A stretch of 64,000 nt of DNA, taken from IMG/VR virus record IMGVR_UViG_3300045988_037736, positions 32,001-96,000 of that record. One strand, written 5' to 3'. The notes under the pieces are model-generated. The model saw nothing but the letters and a program-made list of their open reading frames with translations. It was not told the origin of the DNA and made no database searches. The first letter of the stretch is position 1; each line of letters begins with the position of its first letter. A program made the position numbers and the translations under genes. Positions 23,610 through 34,678 of this stretch are shown piece after piece. The DNA comes from a virus.

Positions 23610-24105
23610 ATCCTTTTAGAGTTGTTCCTTTTACCATTGTGAGCATCTTCCAGTACTTAATAGCAGTACTATAGTTGCAAGTAGCTATAGCCATATCAAG
23701 AGCATATCTGTTAAGTATGAAATCAACAAAGCCCCTTGATATTTCACAGGTATCCCCAAGCTCTTTAAGGTATCCAAGCCCCTTATCTATCAAGATATTT
23801 CTATCATAAATAGCTGCCATATCAATGACATCAGCTCCACAAGGAGTATCAGGAGGAAGAGATATGTGGACTATAGGAGTGATGATAAGAAGTTCTTTCT
23901 TGGCATCTGGGATAAAGATTTCTGTCGTATACTGAGTTACATCGTCTCCATCACAGAGATGATATGGAGTATCAGTTCCATAGGTGAGAGGAGTGTCAAC
24001 CCTGACACCTTTTATACTTAGATTGCTATAGTAAGGCTTATCTTCTATCTCAAAGTCTATTATGAGCTTGTTACCATCTATCTGTAGCTTATTATACTTT
24101 ATCAT
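23590..24105 (-). CDS. hypothetical protein 171 aa
   Basis: ORF, TAA stop. Confidence 0.55.
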   Translation of the reverse strand: MIKYNKLQIDGNKLIIDFEIEDKPYYSNLSIKGVRVDTPLTYGTDTPYHLCDGDDVTQYTTEIFIPDAKKELLIITPIVHISLPPDTPCGADVIDMAAIYDRNILIDKGLGYLKELGDTCEISRGFVDFILNRYALDMAIATCNYSTAIKYWKMLTMVKGTTLKGCGCNGR

Positions 24106-24116
24106 AGTGTATAAAA

Positions 24117-24145
24117 TAAAAAAGGGAGGCTTTTGACCTCCCTTA
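24117..24145 (-). terminator. strong rho-independent terminator (GGGAGG-tcaaaag-CCTCCC + T7) after the 346-aa gene
   Basis: Read on the minus strand the hairpin is followed by TTTTTTTATTTT. This implies a highly expressed upstream gene. Confidence 0.6.
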
Positions 24146-24148
24146 TGA

Positions 24149-25189
24149 TTAGGCTAGTTCTGCAACCTGTACCTTAGAGGCTTCAGCAAACTGACCAATG
24201 AGCTTGTTTAGCTGTGCCTTGTCAGCACATACAATAGTGATGTCCTTCTCTGACCTTTGTGGTCCTTCATTGGGACCTACATAAGCATAGTGGATTTCAA
24301 GAACATTGTATGCAGTGTCAGGGTCAACAAGATACTTGGTTGGAATACTGTTAGGCCATCCAATATTTCTGTATTGGTCACCTCTTTCACCCATGCAGAA
24401 GTACTCAAGGTCTGCAATTATTCTACCATTGTTTCTTACAGTAGTGGAGTCACTTACTGTTACTGCACCCCACTTAACTTCTTCACCATCAAAGGTTACT
24501 GTAGTAGGAGTAACTGTGAAGTTAACTTTAGTCTGTTCCTTGATACCAAGAGTCCAGTCCTGCTCTACTTCTGTGATAGTAACACCATCAGCATAATCTT
24601 CAGCTACTGTGATAGCTGCACCAGTAGTGTCAATAAGAGTTTCCTCACCATTAACATCTGTCTTTACTCTACCTACAACCTTTCCAGCTATAGTGAACTC
24701 AAGCATCTTGCCAAGTTCTCTGCTGAAATTCTTGTAGAGAGAAGCTGCAAGCTTAGTATAGAACTGGGCAGGAGTCATAGTTCTTGTAGCATGAACAGCA
24801 CCATACTTGAAGTAGGGTTCCCCATCTGACATTCCTACATAAGGATTGATACAGATTCTAAGGATATAGTCCTGACCTCCAATAGGATTGCCTTCATTGA
24901 CACTAGCATCAAGCTTAACTACAGCCTGCTTAAGTGCATACTTCTGAGTAGCAGCCTCTGCACTTACAGCTTTGGCATAGAGAATATTGTCTATGTTGAT
25001 GAGGTCACTCCTCATAAGGTTATCAGCCCCCTTATACTGGAAGTATAAGTTCTTACCTTCAGCATCAGCCTTGAGAGCAATGGTACCAGCAGCATCTGAC
25101 TCACTCACCTTACCATCTGTCTTCTTTGCAGTACCTTGAACTGCTGTGACTACATAAAGTTGTCTTACTTGGTTAGTTGAAAATACCAT
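24149..25189 (-). CDS. 346-aa virion structural protein candidate (tail tube/sheath or capsid-associated)
   Basis: Clean ORF followed by a strong terminator. Beta-rich composition. No TAG. Confidence 0.5.
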   Translation of the reverse strand: MVFSTNQVRQLYVVTAVQGTAKKTDGKVSESDAAGTIALKADAEGKNLYFQYKGADNLMRSDLINIDNILYAKAVSAEAATQKYALKQAVVKLDASVNEGNPIGGQDYILRICINPYVGMSDGEPYFKYGAVHATRTMTPAQFYTKLAASLYKNFSRELGKMLEFTIAGKVVGRVKTDVNGEETLIDTTGAAITVAEDYADGVTITEVEQDWTLGIKEQTKVNFTVTPTTVTFDGEEVKWGAVTVSDSTTVRNNGRIIADLEYFCMGERGDQYRNIGWPNSIPTKYLVDPDTAYNVLEIHYAYVGPNEGPQRSEKDITIVCADKAQLNKLIGQFAEASKVQVAELA

Positions 25190-25208
25190 AATTTATTTTA
25201 TTAAGTTT

Positions 25209-25904
25209 TTACTTACCTGCACTGGCTCTACTCTTCAAGGCAAGGCTAACTGCCATTTCTAGTATCACTCTATGTATTGCAGGGTTTAATTTACATTCAG
25301 TTGCTTTTGTTAATCCATTGATAGAAAGACCTTCAGGTAAATCAATAAGGATGATAGGTTCTGGCTTTGACAGGTATCTAATCTGGTACTCATCTATGTT
25401 GAATGCTGAGATAAGTTCAACTGTATATCCTTCAATATCAAGCCTTAATACTCTCCTCTTGTTGGGCATTCTGAATGGATTCCTTTTGGTTTTATAGAGT
25501 TCATCTTGAGTGACAGGAACTACTTCCATTATAGAACCTTTAGCACAACCTAACTTAACATCTTGAGATGTTACAGCCTCATAGGTTATAAACCAGGTAT
25601 CTTCAGGAATATTGAAGAAGTATGAGTCTCTTGTAAGACCTTCCCCTTCCACCTTGTCAGTGGTGGAGTAGGTCTTTACAAGACTGCTCAAATATCTTCT
25701 GAGTTCCTCTGTCTTCTCGAATGAATCTCCTGTAAGGTTTCCATTGTAGAGTGATATGACTATACTCTCTTGTGCCTTTGTAAGGAACATTGACTTTTCA
25801 TATTCATCAAACTCCAATGGCATAGAGTCTACACCAAATGGCTTGATGATGGAGTTGCTGTTGACTAGATTGTCAAATTCATTTGAGAACTCTTCGTTTG
25901 TCAT
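25209..25904 (-). CDS. hypothetical protein 231 aa
   Basis: ORF, TAA stop. Confidence 0.6.
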   Translation of the reverse strand: MTNEEFSNEFDNLVNSNSIIKPFGVDSMPLEFDEYEKSMFLTKAQESIVISLYNGNLTGDSFEKTEELRRYLSSLVKTYSTTDKVEGEGLTRDSYFFNIPEDTWFITYEAVTSQDVKLGCAKGSIMEVVPVTQDELYKTKRNPFRMPNKRRVLRLDIEGYTVELISAFNIDEYQIRYLSKPEPIILIDLPEGLSINGLTKATECKLNPAIHRVILEMAVSLALKSRASAGK

Positions 25905-25906
25905 AA

Positions 25907-26700
25907 TTATCTACTTTGAGTTACAATACCCATATTAGTCTGTGATGTCTGACCAAGAGCAACCTGTGAAGTAAGGTCTCCAATATAAGCAGCCTTAGCT
26001 AGCTCACAAGCTCTTTGAATAATCTCTGGAAATAGTATTGGGTCAAGCTCACAACATTCCTCACTACTCTCACCTCCTATAGTAAGACCGTCAAATGTAC
26101 TTAGTCTAATAGCTTTAGGACGTCTAACAAATCTATAGGTATAACTAATTAAGGAATCCTAATATCCTAAAATTAATTCAACTTTCTTTCTATTACTGTC
26201 AGAAATAAGCAATCTCCAAGCTTGGTTTTTTAGAGGATATTTGTAAGGTTTGCTAGTGAGTCTATTATACTCCAAGTAACTAATAGGGATAACAGTTAAT
26301 CCAGTTTCGTTATTACCTCTCTAAACTGTAACATACTCGTTGATAAACATGAATATATCATCTTGAAGGATGATACTTTTACTGCTTTTTCTATTGTCAA
26401 AGTGTGCATCTAAAAAAGAGTCTGCATCTGCTATTGTACGGTCTCTCATGAGCATAGAGAAATCAATCTACCTTATCTCACTTCCGTCAAAACCTTCTTG
26501 AGACTTATTAGTTTTTGGACTAAAATAAGCTTTTACTACTTCATCTTGAGCCTTAGTTAGAAATACAGACTTCTCATATTCATCCAAACCAGGAGCCTGA
26601 TTACTTGTAATGCTGTTGTAAATTATATCAAACTCATTACTAAATTCCTAATTTCTTATTCTTCTTTCTTCCGCAGTCATAAGGTTTTCAATTTGCGACA
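25907..26700 (-). CDS. hypothetical protein ~263 aa encoded with 4 in-frame TAG codons
   Basis: No tracked ORF here. Manual translation from the ATG at 26700 (MSQIENLMTAEERRIRN...) runs cleanly to the TAA at 25907 if TAG is read as sense. Confidence 0.5.
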
Positions 26701-26719
26701 TGTAACTTAAAGATTAAAG

Positions 26720-27715
26720 TTACTGCCTTAACTTAGCCTCAAGAGAAAATTTAATTTCTTGATGCTTGGGATTATTAAGATACTTGGCTGCTATGTTGAG
26801 TGTAGGTTCTTCATTAGCTTCACATAATGGGGCATTATCACTCCTTAGATATAGATAATTTCCTCTATTAGAGATAAGACCTGCTTCAATAGCTTTCCTA
26901 ATAAGGACTTTGGTAGGAAGCATTGGGTCTGTAATAGCTCTAAGGAAGATTTTACTATCTGCTTGGATAAGGTCATTAGCCTTGGTCTGTAAGAACTCAA
27001 GCTTAGATGTAGAAGCAAGGGGTCTACCATCAATAGTTTCAATGATGACTCTCAGTGTATCTGCATCTTCCTCTATCTTACCAAACTCCTTATAGCACTT
27101 CATTGTAGTACTCATGTTAACCTTAGCATTCTTAGTTTCATCACCTTCAGAAATGATTACAAACTGATAGCTTGCCTTGGGAGCATCCTATAGTGCCTCA
27201 AGTGAGGGAGCAATATAGTTCTTATTAGCTAGAAGAATCTTATATCTGATATAATCTTCTGGGTCTGCCAGATTAAAATAATTATCTTGCTTGGTAAGTC
27301 TTACCCTTGAGATACCCTTATCATTTGTGTCATCCCAGAAGTTATCTGTTTTTCTATAGATAGATAGAGCATTTACCTCAAGTCTCATGATATGTTCAAG
27401 GAAAGCCTTTTCATCATCTGTCAGTACATTCACGTACATACCTGAGCTTAACCTAGGTACTGTAAATGTCTTGGTAGCATTCTCGGCCATACCTCCATAG
27501 AGTATATGTTTGGGATTAGTAATCATACCACCAAGCTTGGGTATATGTCTCACAATGATTCTTTCATTTCTTAAGCAGTTTATTAGCTGCTTTGGTGCTC
27601 TTCTTGCGGGCTGTTCCTCAACTATAGGAACAACTTTTGGCACCTCTTGTAGAGGCAACTCATCAGATAGGTCAATCTGAGCTACATCTATTTCTTCCAT
27701 ATTTTTCTTTGCCAT
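26720..27715 (-). CDS. hypothetical protein ~331 aa (ORFs 27188-27715 + 26720-27115 joined through one TAG)
   Basis: Same frame. ORF 27188-27715 ends in TAG (CTA at 27188-27190). The 72-nt linker contains no TAA/TGA. Confidence 0.55.
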
Positions 27716-27740
27716 ATCTTCTCCTTATGAAGTTAAAGAA

Positions 27741-27770
27741 AGGGGAAGAGAGAATTGCTCTCTCCCCCTT
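27741..27770 (-). terminator. hairpin (GGGGGAGAGAG/CTCTCTTCCCC) just after the capsid-like gene
   Basis: Inverted repeat directly downstream of the TAA at 27778. Confidence 0.4.
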
Positions 27771-27777
27771 ATTTTGT

Positions 27778-29292
27778 TTAGCCCTGTAGTATAGCAGGGA
27801 TAAGTGACATTGTTCTAGTTGGGTCAAGAACACAAATACCAAGAGTAGCCATCCTATGGAAGGTAGCTGAATCTTCATCATATGACATGAATTGATTACC
27901 AAGCTGACCTGTGAAAGGATTTCTCAATCCCCATTGATAACCTCTGAACTCCTCTTGTCCCTTAATCTTACACTTGAAGATATTGGGCTGGTCCATAGTA
28001 CCAATGTACATGATGTCATACCTGTAAGAGAAGGCAGGTCCACCATCAGGGTGTTGTACCTTGTTTCTTATTGGGTCATCATAGTATGGGTCAACATCAA
28101 GCTTCACTCTTACACCATTAGGTGCCCTGTACTCTACAAACTGGAAGCCAGCTGCAAGAGCATTAGTATGAAGATTGCTTTGTGTCTTCTCAACAACATT
28201 CAGAGCATCACCATTAAGTGTGAACTGAGTCCATCCACTTACAGTCTGAAGTACAGCCTTATGGAATTGTATAGCACCTCTTTCACCTGTCTTAATGACG
28301 AAGTACCTATCACCAAAGTCAAGCTTGGATGCAGACAGTTCATATAGGGCATCTTCAAGAAGTTTCAGGCTGAACTTGTTGTAGTACTGAGTATTAGCTA
28401 CCTCCATCTGTTCAAACAGACCAGCACCCATCTTAATAACTTCACCTGACTTACCAAAGTTCAGATACTCTCCATTGTTGTTTCTGTTGCTTCTACCAAA
28501 GGCAAGAATGTTATTCTTGTATTCAGAGAATGTCTGTTCAACTTCCCAGTCAACATAGTGCATCCACATGTTAACTACAGACTTAGTGTAACCTGTAGGA
28601 GTTTCCTTTGTTACAGGAATACCACATGCAAGTTTCTTGTTGAGCATATTGCCAGGCACCTTATGTTGGATTCTGATGGTAGACCATTCATTTCTCATAG
28701 ATACAGGAGAAGTGAATCTAACATCACCAACTTTCCTTGAAAGTGCTCTTTCTACAGGAGCATATTCATAGCTGAATCTTTCTCCTGGAAGGAGTCTTTC
28801 AGCAGGAATACCTTGGGTAATACCACCCATTAGCTCTACCTTGTAAACTGCATTAGTACCTTCCATTCTCGGATTACCAAGAATCCTCATGGGATATACT
28901 TCATTCAGATTACCTACAATTACTTCACCATCAGCAAACCAGTCCTCAGGGAAGACAAGCTCAAACACAGCTGTACCAACACCTACATTGGCAGTAGTTG
29001 CTGCGGTTACTACATTGCCATTCTCATCTCTTGCCTCAAGCAGAGGAATATTCCTTCTGGTAGAGCCAATTACATCCCAGTAATATTCTGAGTCATCTTC
29101 AAACTCTTTTGTAGGGAACTGGCTTAGGAAGGTATCAAGAGTCTTACCTCTGTACCAAGCTAATAGCTGTACCATTAGGTTAGTTGCCTTCTGTGGAGCA
29201 AGCTGGAAGATTTGACCAAGGTGGTTGTCCTTTGTCAGACCTTTCCAGTGAGAAAAGCCAATCATTTGGAACTTATTCAGTTTTCCAGCCAT
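27778..29292 (-). CDS. major capsid protein candidate (504 aa, HK97-fold-like by size and position)
   Basis: Follows the acidic scaffold-like gene and is followed by a terminator. No TAG. The assignment is positional and compositional inference. Confidence 0.5.
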   Translation of the reverse strand: MAGKLNKFQMIGFSHWKGLTKDNHLGQIFQLAPQKATNLMVQLLAWYRGKTLDTFLSQFPTKEFEDDSEYYWDVIGSTRRNIPLLEARDENGNVVTAATTANVGVGTAVFELVFPEDWFADGEVIVGNLNEVYPMRILGNPRMEGTNAVYKVELMGGITQGIPAERLLPGERFSYEYAPVERALSRKVGDVRFTSPVSMRNEWSTIRIQHKVPGNMLNKKLACGIPVTKETPTGYTKSVVNMWMHYVDWEVEQTFSEYKNNILAFGRSNRNNNGEYLNFGKSGEVIKMGAGLFEQMEVANTQYYNKFSLKLLEDALYELSASKLDFGDRYFVIKTGERGAIQFHKAVLQTVSGWTQFTLNGDALNVVEKTQSNLHTNALAAGFQFVEYRAPNGVRVKLDVDPYYDDPIRNKVQHPDGGPAFSYRYDIMYIGTMDQPNIFKCKIKGQEEFRGYQWGLRNPFTGQLGNQFMSYDEDSATFHRMATLGICVLDPTRTMSLIPAILQG

Positions 29293-29320
29293 AAATAAAT
29301 TGATTATTGGTTATATTTTA

Positions 29321-30475
29321 TTAAGCATCAATGGTCCAGCCCTTACCTATGAAGGATTCTGAATCAACTCCACTTGCATAGTTAAGATTACCATCTGAGG
29401 TTCTAGCAGTATTGTTTAGAGTATTTTCCAGTTCTCTGAACCCTCTCTTTACTTCTTTTCTTACTTTACCTTTTACAAGTCCATCAAGATTCTTGAAGCC
29501 ATCTGTAAGTGTGAATATAAGACCAAGGTTCTTTAAGAACTCTGTCCTATGTTCCATTTCATATCTCTAAATGGCAGTAAGCATTTCTCCTGTCTCAGGG
29601 TCTTTATATACAGGCTTGGCAAGATTGTCATATATTCTTTGTCTTGTTGCCTTGTCAACTTCTACATCACCAAAGACTTTCTTCTCAGTGAGAATAGATG
29701 TTCTCAGCTTCTCAGCCTGTTCCTTCCTCTTTGCTACTTCTGCCTCTTCCTCTTTCTTGGCATCTTCAATTACTTCCTCATATTTGGACTTGAAGTATTC
29801 CTTGTTGCTTTTCAAAGCCTCTCTTGCATCATCTACATCAGTACCTCCATTAAGGGATTTCTGAACTTCTCTTGAAGCTCTTTCCTTACTGTAACCCCTA
29901 TTAATGAAGTCCTGATATATTAGCTGTTTCCTCAGCTTCTCTCCTTCATCAGTCTCAGCTGCAATAGAGTCATCCTTGATACTGTCAAGATAGTTGATGG
30001 CACCTTCATACTGCCTGATAGTATCAGGTTCCACTCCAACATTGAGAGCCTCATCAATCCTCTTCTGTCTTTCATCAAGACCAGCTTTAATCTGTTGCTC
30101 TACAAGCTCTCTTAAGTCTTCAGGAGTTTCTACTTTAGAAATGGCTTCTTCATCAAGGTCTGGGAAGATACCTTCCTCTGCAAAGGCTTTGGCAATGGAA
30201 GAGTAAATTTTGGGAGAAGTACTGCCTTTGTCAGGGTCAGTATCTTCCTTTTCCTCTGTATCTCCACTACCTACGCTCTCTGGTTTGTCTGTAAACAAGG
30301 AGTCTACATTAACCTCAGTAGTTTCTTTTTCTTTCTTTTCTTTGCCCTCTACGAGCTCATCTTCTTTTTCTTTACCTGTATCATCAGGTGCAGGCTCCTG
30401 TGATGTGTCATCATCTATGAACAGGTTCTCTACCTCAGAGCCTGTCAGAATGTTATCTAGTGATAGTTCTTCCAT
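29321..30475 (-). CDS. acidic coiled-coil scaffold-like protein ~384 aa (ORFs 29567-30475 + 29321-29557 joined through one TAG)
   Basis: ORF 29567-30475 ends in TAG (CTA at 29567-29569). The next ORF is in the same frame. D/E/K-rich sequence. Confidence 0.5.
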
Positions 30476-30610
30476 ATTAACTTCTCATTATTAAACTTCG
30501 CTGCAAAGGTAGAAAAAGTTCCTGTATTGTACAATAGTCTAAATAAAAATATTAAGGAAGTATAAATGAAAATGTAAAAATAAAGGGAGACAGTAGTGTC
30601 TCCCTTCGTA

Positions 30611-31012
30611 TTATAGCTCAGCTATATTATAGAGTGCTTCATTGAGTATCTGCATAGCTGTTTCACCACTAAGTATTGCAGCTTCCTCAGAGTAAGGATT
30701 AATGTCAAGAGCCTCACATATGTGCATTTCAAGATGATTCTTTTCATGCTCAAAGGTGTTAACAAATTCTCCTACACTCGAAGCCTTATGTATGACTATA
30801 AGTGAGAACTTCTTATAGAAGCTTGAGTATATGAAACCTGTATCAAGTTCCGAGTTCATCAAGTTCCTTTCCAGTTTCTCAAAGGTTTCTTTGTCAGGCT
30901 GAAGCTCTTTAAGTTCAGTGACTATCTCAGTCTTCTATTTCTCATCTACAGTGTAATATATTACTACATCCCAGTCATACTTCCTTATCTTGAACTGCTG
31001 CCTGAGACCCAT
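30611..31012 (-). CDS. hypothetical protein ~133 aa with one in-frame TAG
   Basis: Upstream extension of ORF 30611-30862 (MGLRQQFKIRKYDWDVVIYYTVDEK-TAG-KTEIV...). Its start overlaps the TGA of the upstream gene. Confidence 0.4.
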
Positions 31013-31013
31013 A

Positions 31014-31244
31014 TCATCTATATTTTTCTTTGAGTTTTTCAATCTTTTCCTCAAAGCCTTCTCTATAGCTTCCTCTATAAAGACCACCTCTCCTTTCATC
31101 AAAGCCTGCTTCTCTCATAGCTTTCTTATAGCCATGTTCACAACCTTCCTTGAAAGCCTTTTCAAGCATATAGTCTTCATCCTCCCTCCTAGAGCCTCTG
31201 CCACCTCTTTCATCTTCATCCATTATTTGATAAATTCTTCCCAT
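31014..31244 (-). CDS. small R/E/G-rich protein 76 aa
   Basis: ORF, TGA stop. Confidence 0.4.
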   Translation of the reverse strand: MGRIYQIMDEDERGGRGSRREDEDYMLEKAFKEGCEHGYKKAMREAGFDERRGGLYRGSYREGFEEKIEKLKEKYR

Positions 31245-31249
31245 AGTTT

Positions 31250-31762
31250 TTATGATTTAGTTGTGCTTTCCTTTGACTTAAGCTGAGCCATTAATTCTTT
31301 CATATCTGTCATCATTTCAGACATCTGAGACTTCAGCATATCTATCTCTTGCTTTTGTTGTTTCTGTTCTGCAAACTCTGGATTTAATCTTTGAAGTAAT
31401 ACTTCACAATCTTGAACTATTTTCTTATGATAATCTACACTATTAAGGATGCCAAGACTCTTCTGTCTGAGTGAATCTACCTCTGCATTCATAGCTTCTC
31501 TTGATGTAGTTATAACCAAAGCTCCGTTAGAAGTTCCTTGGTCTGCAACATCAAGGTTTGCAGGAAGCTTCTGCAATGTAACATCATTACCATTTATCCT
31601 CACTACAACATCTACTACGAGTTCTTGAGGGTTCATGAAGTTAGCCACTGGGAATCTAGGCTGAGGTTGTGAAACACTCAGTACTTGACCCACTTCAACA
31701 TAGGGGGTAGATTCTTTGTGCAGTATGTATATTTGACTGTTAGTTCTTAAGTTGGAAAACAT
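31250..31762 (-). CDS. hypothetical protein 170 aa
   Basis: ORF, TAA stop. Confidence 0.55.
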   Translation of the reverse strand: MFSNLRTNSQIYILHKESTPYVEVGQVLSVSQPQPRFPVANFMNPQELVVDVVVRINGNDVTLQKLPANLDVADQGTSNGALVITTSREAMNAEVDSLRQKSLGILNSVDYHKKIVQDCEVLLQRLNPEFAEQKQQKQEIDMLKSQMSEMMTDMKELMAQLKSKESTTKS

Positions 31763-31788
31763 ATTGTTTATAATTTAGTTGGTTAAAT

Positions 31789-32220
31789 TTATGCCGCTGA
31801 TGCAGCAGGTGGTGTTATAGCAAGAGTCAGAGAGTCATTTATTGTGTATGAGAAAGCACATCCACAATTTATATTAGACCCAAACTGGTCTCTTCCCACA
31901 TTGGTAAGTGTTACTGTTGTAGGTAGAGCAGTCTGACCCTGGAATGCAACTACAAAGTTTTCAGTAAATAGCTGAGTATGTGCATTGCAACCACACTGAC
32001 TATTCTGAGTTACAACTGTTATCACTGCCTTGACAGGGATAAAGACAGTTGTCTCAACCAACCTTGGGGTACCTGTAGTATAAACTACAGATACCTGAGG
32101 TTGTATAGTTGAATCTACACAGAACGGACGGCATAGCTTTTCCTTGTAAGTAGCCATGAAGGCTAACTCATTAGCCACTGGAGCAGTGGCTAATCCTACT
32201 GGTGAAACTGTTACTGCCAT
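31789..32220 (-). CDS. hypothetical protein 143 aa
   Basis: ORF, TAA stop. Confidence 0.55.
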   Translation of the reverse strand: MAVTVSPVGLATAPVANELAFMATYKEKLCRPFCVDSTIQPQVSVVYTTGTPRLVETTVFIPVKAVITVVTQNSQCGCNAHTQLFTENFVVAFQGQTALPTTVTLTNVGRDQFGSNINCGCAFSYTINDSLTLAITPPAASAA

Positions 32221-32238
32221 AATTGTATACTTTAGAAA

Positions 32239-33138
32239 TTAACAATTGCATCCATTAGTATAAGGGCTACCACAGTTACAATAAGGATTTGCAACTACAT
32301 AAGCAGGAGTTGGGGTAGGTCTTACTTGACTAATGATATTAGCAGTTTGTGCTTGCTGAGAAGCAGCTAGAGCTAATTGGCTGTTCTCCTGTCTTAGAGC
32401 ATCAATCTTATTCTGCATTTCTCTCATTTCTAGCTGACAGAACTTATCATTAATAAGTGTGGTCTGTTGTGCAATAGCATTCTTTAGGTCACAAGTCTGC
32501 TGTGCAGTAGCATAGGCTGTAGATGAGAACCCTCTCTCCACTGAACTATTAACAAAGTTAATAGCATTCTGTAGAGTGTTGGTTTGATTTACATTAGAAA
32601 GTTGGCTCTCATAGTTAGTCCTAGTGATGGCATCTTGAATATTGCAGCAGCACTGGGCCATTTGATTACCTAACTGACAGTTACCTTGCTGAATAGAGTT
32701 GATAACTTGCTGACCTGTCATACCAAGCTGACTAGCTACAGATTGTACAGAGTTCTGTACATTGCCTATAGCACCTTGTAGGGCATTAACATCACAATTA
32801 AGAGTTGTGGCAAGTTGTGAAACTGCCTGACCATTACCATTGATAGCTTGAAGAAGTACTTCTCTACCCCAATCATTATTAAGCTGATTAGGAATACCAT
32901 CAGCAGCACCATTACCAAACATACCATTTCTACCATTTCCACCCCATAGCCAGAACATAATGATTACCCAAATCCACCACATTCCTCCACCTCCCCAAGC
33001 ATCTTGGTTCTTGGAGCCATTAGTGAGCATAGCCATTAGATTAGGGTCTACACCTCTGTTACCCATTAGACTTGCTAAGAGTGCAGTAGAATCAAATCCA
33101 CCTCTGTCGGCAGTGTCAAAAACATAAGTTTTTTCCAT
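32239..33138 (-). CDS. Gln/Asn-rich coiled-coil protein 299 aa with Cys-rich C-terminus (fibre/needle-like)
   Basis: Clean ORF with low-complexity Q/N repeats. C-terminus ...CNCGSPYTNGCNC. Confidence 0.55.
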   Translation of the reverse strand: MEKTYVFDTADRGGFDSTALLASLMGNRGVDPNLMAMLTNGSKNQDAWGGGGMWWIWVIIMFWLWGGNGRNGMFGNGAADGIPNQLNNDWGREVLLQAINGNGQAVSQLATTLNCDVNALQGAIGNVQNSVQSVASQLGMTGQQVINSIQQGNCQLGNQMAQCCCNIQDAITRTNYESQLSNVNQTNTLQNAINFVNSSVERGFSSTAYATAQQTCDLKNAIAQQTTLINDKFCQLEMREMQNKIDALRQENSQLALAASQQAQTANIISQVRPTPTPAYVVANPYCNCGSPYTNGCNC

Positions 33139-33211
33139 AATTGTTAGATTATTTGATTGGTTAACTTTGTTGTTATTGTAAGCTTACAGAGGATAAAATT
33201 ATAAATAAAAA

Positions 33212-33240
33212 GTGGTAACACCTAACAGTGCTACCACTCA
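33212..33240 (-). terminator. hairpin AGTGGTA..TACCACT followed (minus strand) by a U-rich tract
   Basis: 7-bp inverted repeat ~130 nt downstream of the HTH gene. Confidence 0.45.
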
Positions 33241-33368
33241 CATAATTTACTGAAAACCAGCCAACATCTTTAGCATTATTATGCTAAGTATATCCAAATA
33301 AATCCATCATATATTCTACTAGTAGGAGAATTTACCACTTTTATCTAGTCTTCCCCTACAATACCCAA

Positions 33369-33665
33369 TTATTTTCTATTCTCCCTTATAATAGAATCAA
33401 GTTCTTTCTTAGACCATGATAATTCTTTGAAACCTGCCTGATGTTTACCTCTAGGCAATCTGCCTGCTCTGACATAATTATCAAATGTAGCTCTACTTAT
33501 ATTAAGGTATCTACAGGCTTCATACTTACTGAGTCTCTGTTTCTTATCAACAAATCCTTGAATAGCCTCCACAACCTGCATAGTCTCTTCATGGTTAGAA
33601 CTAATGGAACCTTCATCAATTCTATCGGCTATACGTCTTAATAGATTGCTTATTATGTTTAACAT
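33369..33665 (-). CDS. small helix-turn-helix DNA-binding protein 98 aa
   Basis: LSKYEACRYLNISRATFDNYVRAGRLP resembles an Xis/MerR-type HTH. Confidence 0.5.
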   Translation of the reverse strand: MLNIISNLLRRIADRIDEGSISSNHEETMQVVEAIQGFVDKKQRLSKYEACRYLNISRATFDNYVRAGRLPRGKHQAGFKELSWSKKELDSIIRENRK

Positions 33666-34029
33666 ATAGATATAATATTGTGAATAATGTCAGTCCTGTT
33701 ATGACACTGTGAATCATCATTAAATTAAAGTCTGATATAGGTATTCCTACATAATAATCAACTATATTCAGTATGTCTATGACAAGTATATAGTACAGAA
33801 ACATTCTATGATATGCACAAAATCTGAATACTATAGAGGCTAAGTAAATGAATACCCATGTAAACAAAGACATCCCAGCGAGGTTACTCAACACTGGAAT
33901 GTCAATATCTATATATGCAAGTGCTGTGTTTAACATATAGCACATTGCTATCAGCATTGGTATAATCTTTAAGGAGCCTAAAAGTACCTTATACAGGACT
34001 TCACTTCTTAAGACATCCTCCTTTGCCAT
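33616..34029 (-). CDS. multi-pass membrane protein ~136 aa (holin-like candidate)
   Basis: Three to four hydrophobic segments. The tracked ORF ends in TAG, followed by one codon and then TGA. Confidence 0.45.
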
Positions 34030-34086
34030 ATCTTTTCTTTTTAAGTCCAGCTTTAGGGGACATAGGTTTTGCTCTTCTAGCCATAG

Positions 34087-34341
34087 TTATTCTTCTTTAG
34101 AGTTAGTTACTTCTTCTTTCTTGGGTTCCTCACTGATTACTTGAGTGGTCTCAGATTCAGGAGGAGTAGGTTGCATATAATCCACTGATACTAGATAAGG
34201 TTCCCAAGTCTTGGTCTTAACATTGTACCTGTGGATTGCCCTAATGTCCCCAGTTGATTCATCCCTATCTACCCATAAAATCTTGATGTCTGTAGGGGGA
34301 TAAGGGGACTCATATAGGTTATTCAGATTTACTTTCTTCAC
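34087..34341 (-). CDS. hypothetical protein 84 aa
   Basis: ORF, TAA stop. Confidence 0.45.
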   Translation of the reverse strand: MKKVNLNNLYESPYPPTDIKILWVDRDESTGDIRAIHRYNVKTKTWEPYLVSVDYMQPTPPESETTQVISEEPKKEEVTNSKEE

Positions 34342-34678
34342 GTTTGAATGTATCTAAGTTTGTAAGTTCCCTTCTTCTTATTTGACAAGAGAGGTCAGTA
34401 CAGATAGAACTCATAAGGCTGAATAGCTGTGCCCTTAGTTCTCTAACCTCATCTTCCAAGTCTTCATTTCTCTTCAGAACCTCTTCCAGCCTTGCCCTAT
34501 TATCATCGGACAACTTCTTGTAAAAGTCTAGAGATTCTTGCATATTTTGTATTAGGTTATTATCTACCTCACTGTTATATTTCTTCCTGGCAAATACCCA
34601 AGAAGCCCAAGCACTAACAACAGTAGTCAGTAACCCTATACCTCCAGTTATGAGTGTTTCCATTCCAATCATTTCCAT
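34319..34678 (-). CDS. N-terminal TM + coiled-coil protein 119 aa (i-spanin-like architecture)
   Basis: A TM helix is followed by an EEVLKRNEDLEDEVRELRAQL coiled coil. Confidence 0.4.
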   Translation of the reverse strand: MEMIGMETLITGGIGLLTTVVSAWASWVFARKKYNSEVDNNLIQNMQESLDFYKKLSDDNRARLEEVLKRNEDLEDEVRELRAQLFSLMSSICTDLSCQIRRRELTNLDTFKREESKSE

